DNA of 64,000 bases from assembly GCA_951406725.2 (NCBI GenBank), contig OX597816.1:160146001-160210000 (forward strand), in the 5' to 3' direction. Below are positions 62,391 to 64,000 of this stretch, in pieces. The translations under genes were made by a program, and so were the position numbers. Every line of letters starts with the position of its first letter. Position 1 is the first letter of the stretch. This DNA is from Octopus vulgaris. Lineage: Eukaryota. The notes beneath the pieces are model-generated. The model was not told where the DNA came from. It did not search any database and was given only the letters and a program-made list of their open reading frames with translations.

Positions 62391-62730
62391 AGATGTGGTG
62401 AGGACATTAGTAAACAAAACATGCAAATGGTAATGTTCGTAAATTCATTAGTAGTGATGGTCATGGTGGTTGTAACGAGGCAATGATGGAAGAGTAGTGG
62501 TAATAGTAGTAAGAGGAGGAGGAGAAGGAGGGTGTGAATATAGTTAACAAATTAATAAGGAAAATATATCACCGGAAAATTAAGAAGCCTGCAGAAAATT
62601 AAAGGGCACTGAACAGTAAACCTTCCCCCCCAACACACACAATGACTCTAACACACACACATACACACACACACACACACATGCTCACAAATTTATATAT
62701 AAGGCACCAATGTAATGAAAGATGCAAAAC

Positions 62731-62768
<38 letters not shown>

Positions 62769-63067
62769 CAACAACAACATTATTATTATTATTATTATTT
62801 CTTCTGCTGACACTAGGACACATATTTATGACAAAGATTTATAAACGTCAATTTATCAACCGCAATATATGTTTAGTGCATATTAATGTTTAACCCCAGA
62901 AGCATGGAAGGGTGGAGCTGACACTGGTTGGATTTCAACCCCCGAATGTAGTTGAGATAAAAGTCTGAATATTGTAAGGGAGCAGTTATCTGACAATTCT
63001 GCCATTACATGGCCTTCATAATAATAATAAATAATAATAACAATAATAATAATAATTGTTATTATTA

Positions 63068-63268
63068 TTTCAAATTTTTGCCATATGGGCCGCTTAAAGG
63101 AGGTAGGGATGAGTTGAACTGTGTTCAACTGGTACTTATTTTATTGATCCCGAAAGGATGAAAGGTAAAGTCAACCTCGGCGGAATTTGAACTCAGAACA
63201 TAGTGACAGGTGAAATACTGCTAAGTGTTTTGTCCAGTGCGCTAACGATTCTGCCAGCTCACTGCCTT
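63068..63268 (-). mobile_element. SINE family B between (AAT)n tracts (older copy at 62885-63010)
   Basis: Match to the family B consensus. Confidence 0.85.
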
Positions 63269-63289
63269 AATAATAGTAATAATAATAAT

Positions 63290-64000
63290 ATTGATTCTTT
63301 CTCTTAAGGGCCATGAAGGCCATAAAAAATGCTTAGGACAATATACAAATAGCAGTGGGGACTTGCATAAAAACATGTAAACAATAAAAATCAATTACAA
63401 CTAACAAAACAATTTTAACCAACAAATTTCCCAAAAGGGGCAAAACACCACTTGGGGGCAATCAAAGAACCTCACAGATCCTGAGTCACTCTACTCACCA
63501 GCAGTGCTATGGAAAGTGCTCCTCTTTTCTTCTTGCTTCTCAGCCTACAGGTACCAGCTTAGAGTTGGCCCACTCACTCAGGCTATCCTTGTCACATCCA
63601 CCCACCTTTCAACAAATTTACAGGGAAGCAGCACATCCCTCTCAACCCTCACCTTTCTTTTCAAATAGAATTTTAAAAAGTCAACGAGGGCGTGGTTGAA
63701 ATGGAAAGTTTCTGTCTTGAGTCCTTTCAGTTTTGTCCACCTTGCAATCTTTTTTGCCATAGCCACTAGACAGAAGAAAACTGCCTTTTCCAATGAAAGG
63801 AAAACAGTGGAGGCAATCTTCACAATAGAGTTGGCCAATAGCGGGTTCCATCCTACATGTGCGGACGTAGTTTGTCTGTCGATGCAACGAAGACCATCTA
63901 GTCATCCTGGGGTGGGGGTGGGCTTGTTTTGTGAGTCTGCAGATGGCAAGTGAGGCCAATCTGTGCTCAAAAGAGTCTTTGACAGTGTGGATAGGGAATG
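63290..64000 (-). mobile_element. 3' part of an L1/Tx1-like LINE (ORF2 C-terminus and 3' UTR) ending in (ATT)n
   Basis: AVFFCLVAMAKKIARWTKLKGL..LVDFLKFYLKRKVRVERDVLLPCKFVERW resembles the L1/Tx1 ORF2 end (AK..IW..R and F..RW motifs); pyrimidine-rich UTR; runs off the window edge. Confidence 0.65.

Overview
AT-rich, repeat-saturated eukaryotic DNA, most likely from an octopod cephalopod. This is an inference from the tRNA-derived SINE families, the dense (TA)n/(CA)n/(ATT)n/(CAT)n microsatellites and a mollusc/cephalopod-type 5S sequence. I could not recognise any intact host protein-coding exon; nearly all listed ORFs are translations of microsatellites or SINEs. The window holds dozens of copies of at least four tRNA-headed SINE families (my labels A-D), 3' fragments of CR1-group, RTE, R4/Dong-like and L1/Tx1-like LINEs, Penelope-like LTR fragments carrying minimal hammerhead-ribozyme motifs, an internally deleted Tc1/mariner transposase, piggyBac-, hAT-, Tc1/pogo- and Helentron-type non-autonomous elements, several long foldbacks and three minisatellites. 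Best leads: (1) a 5S rRNA copy joined head-to-tail to a tRNA-Lys(CTT) copy with no Pol III terminator between them (55716-55916); (2) minimal hammerhead motifs in Penelope-like pieces inserted in (TA)n; (3) sharp CpG-rich/CpG-poor blocks suggesting hidden methylated gene bodies; (4) a dimeric SINE that moved as one unit and whose tail resembles the Tx1-like LINE tail; (5) head/body/tail shuffling between SINE families. Coordinates were read by eye and repeat edges are approximate.
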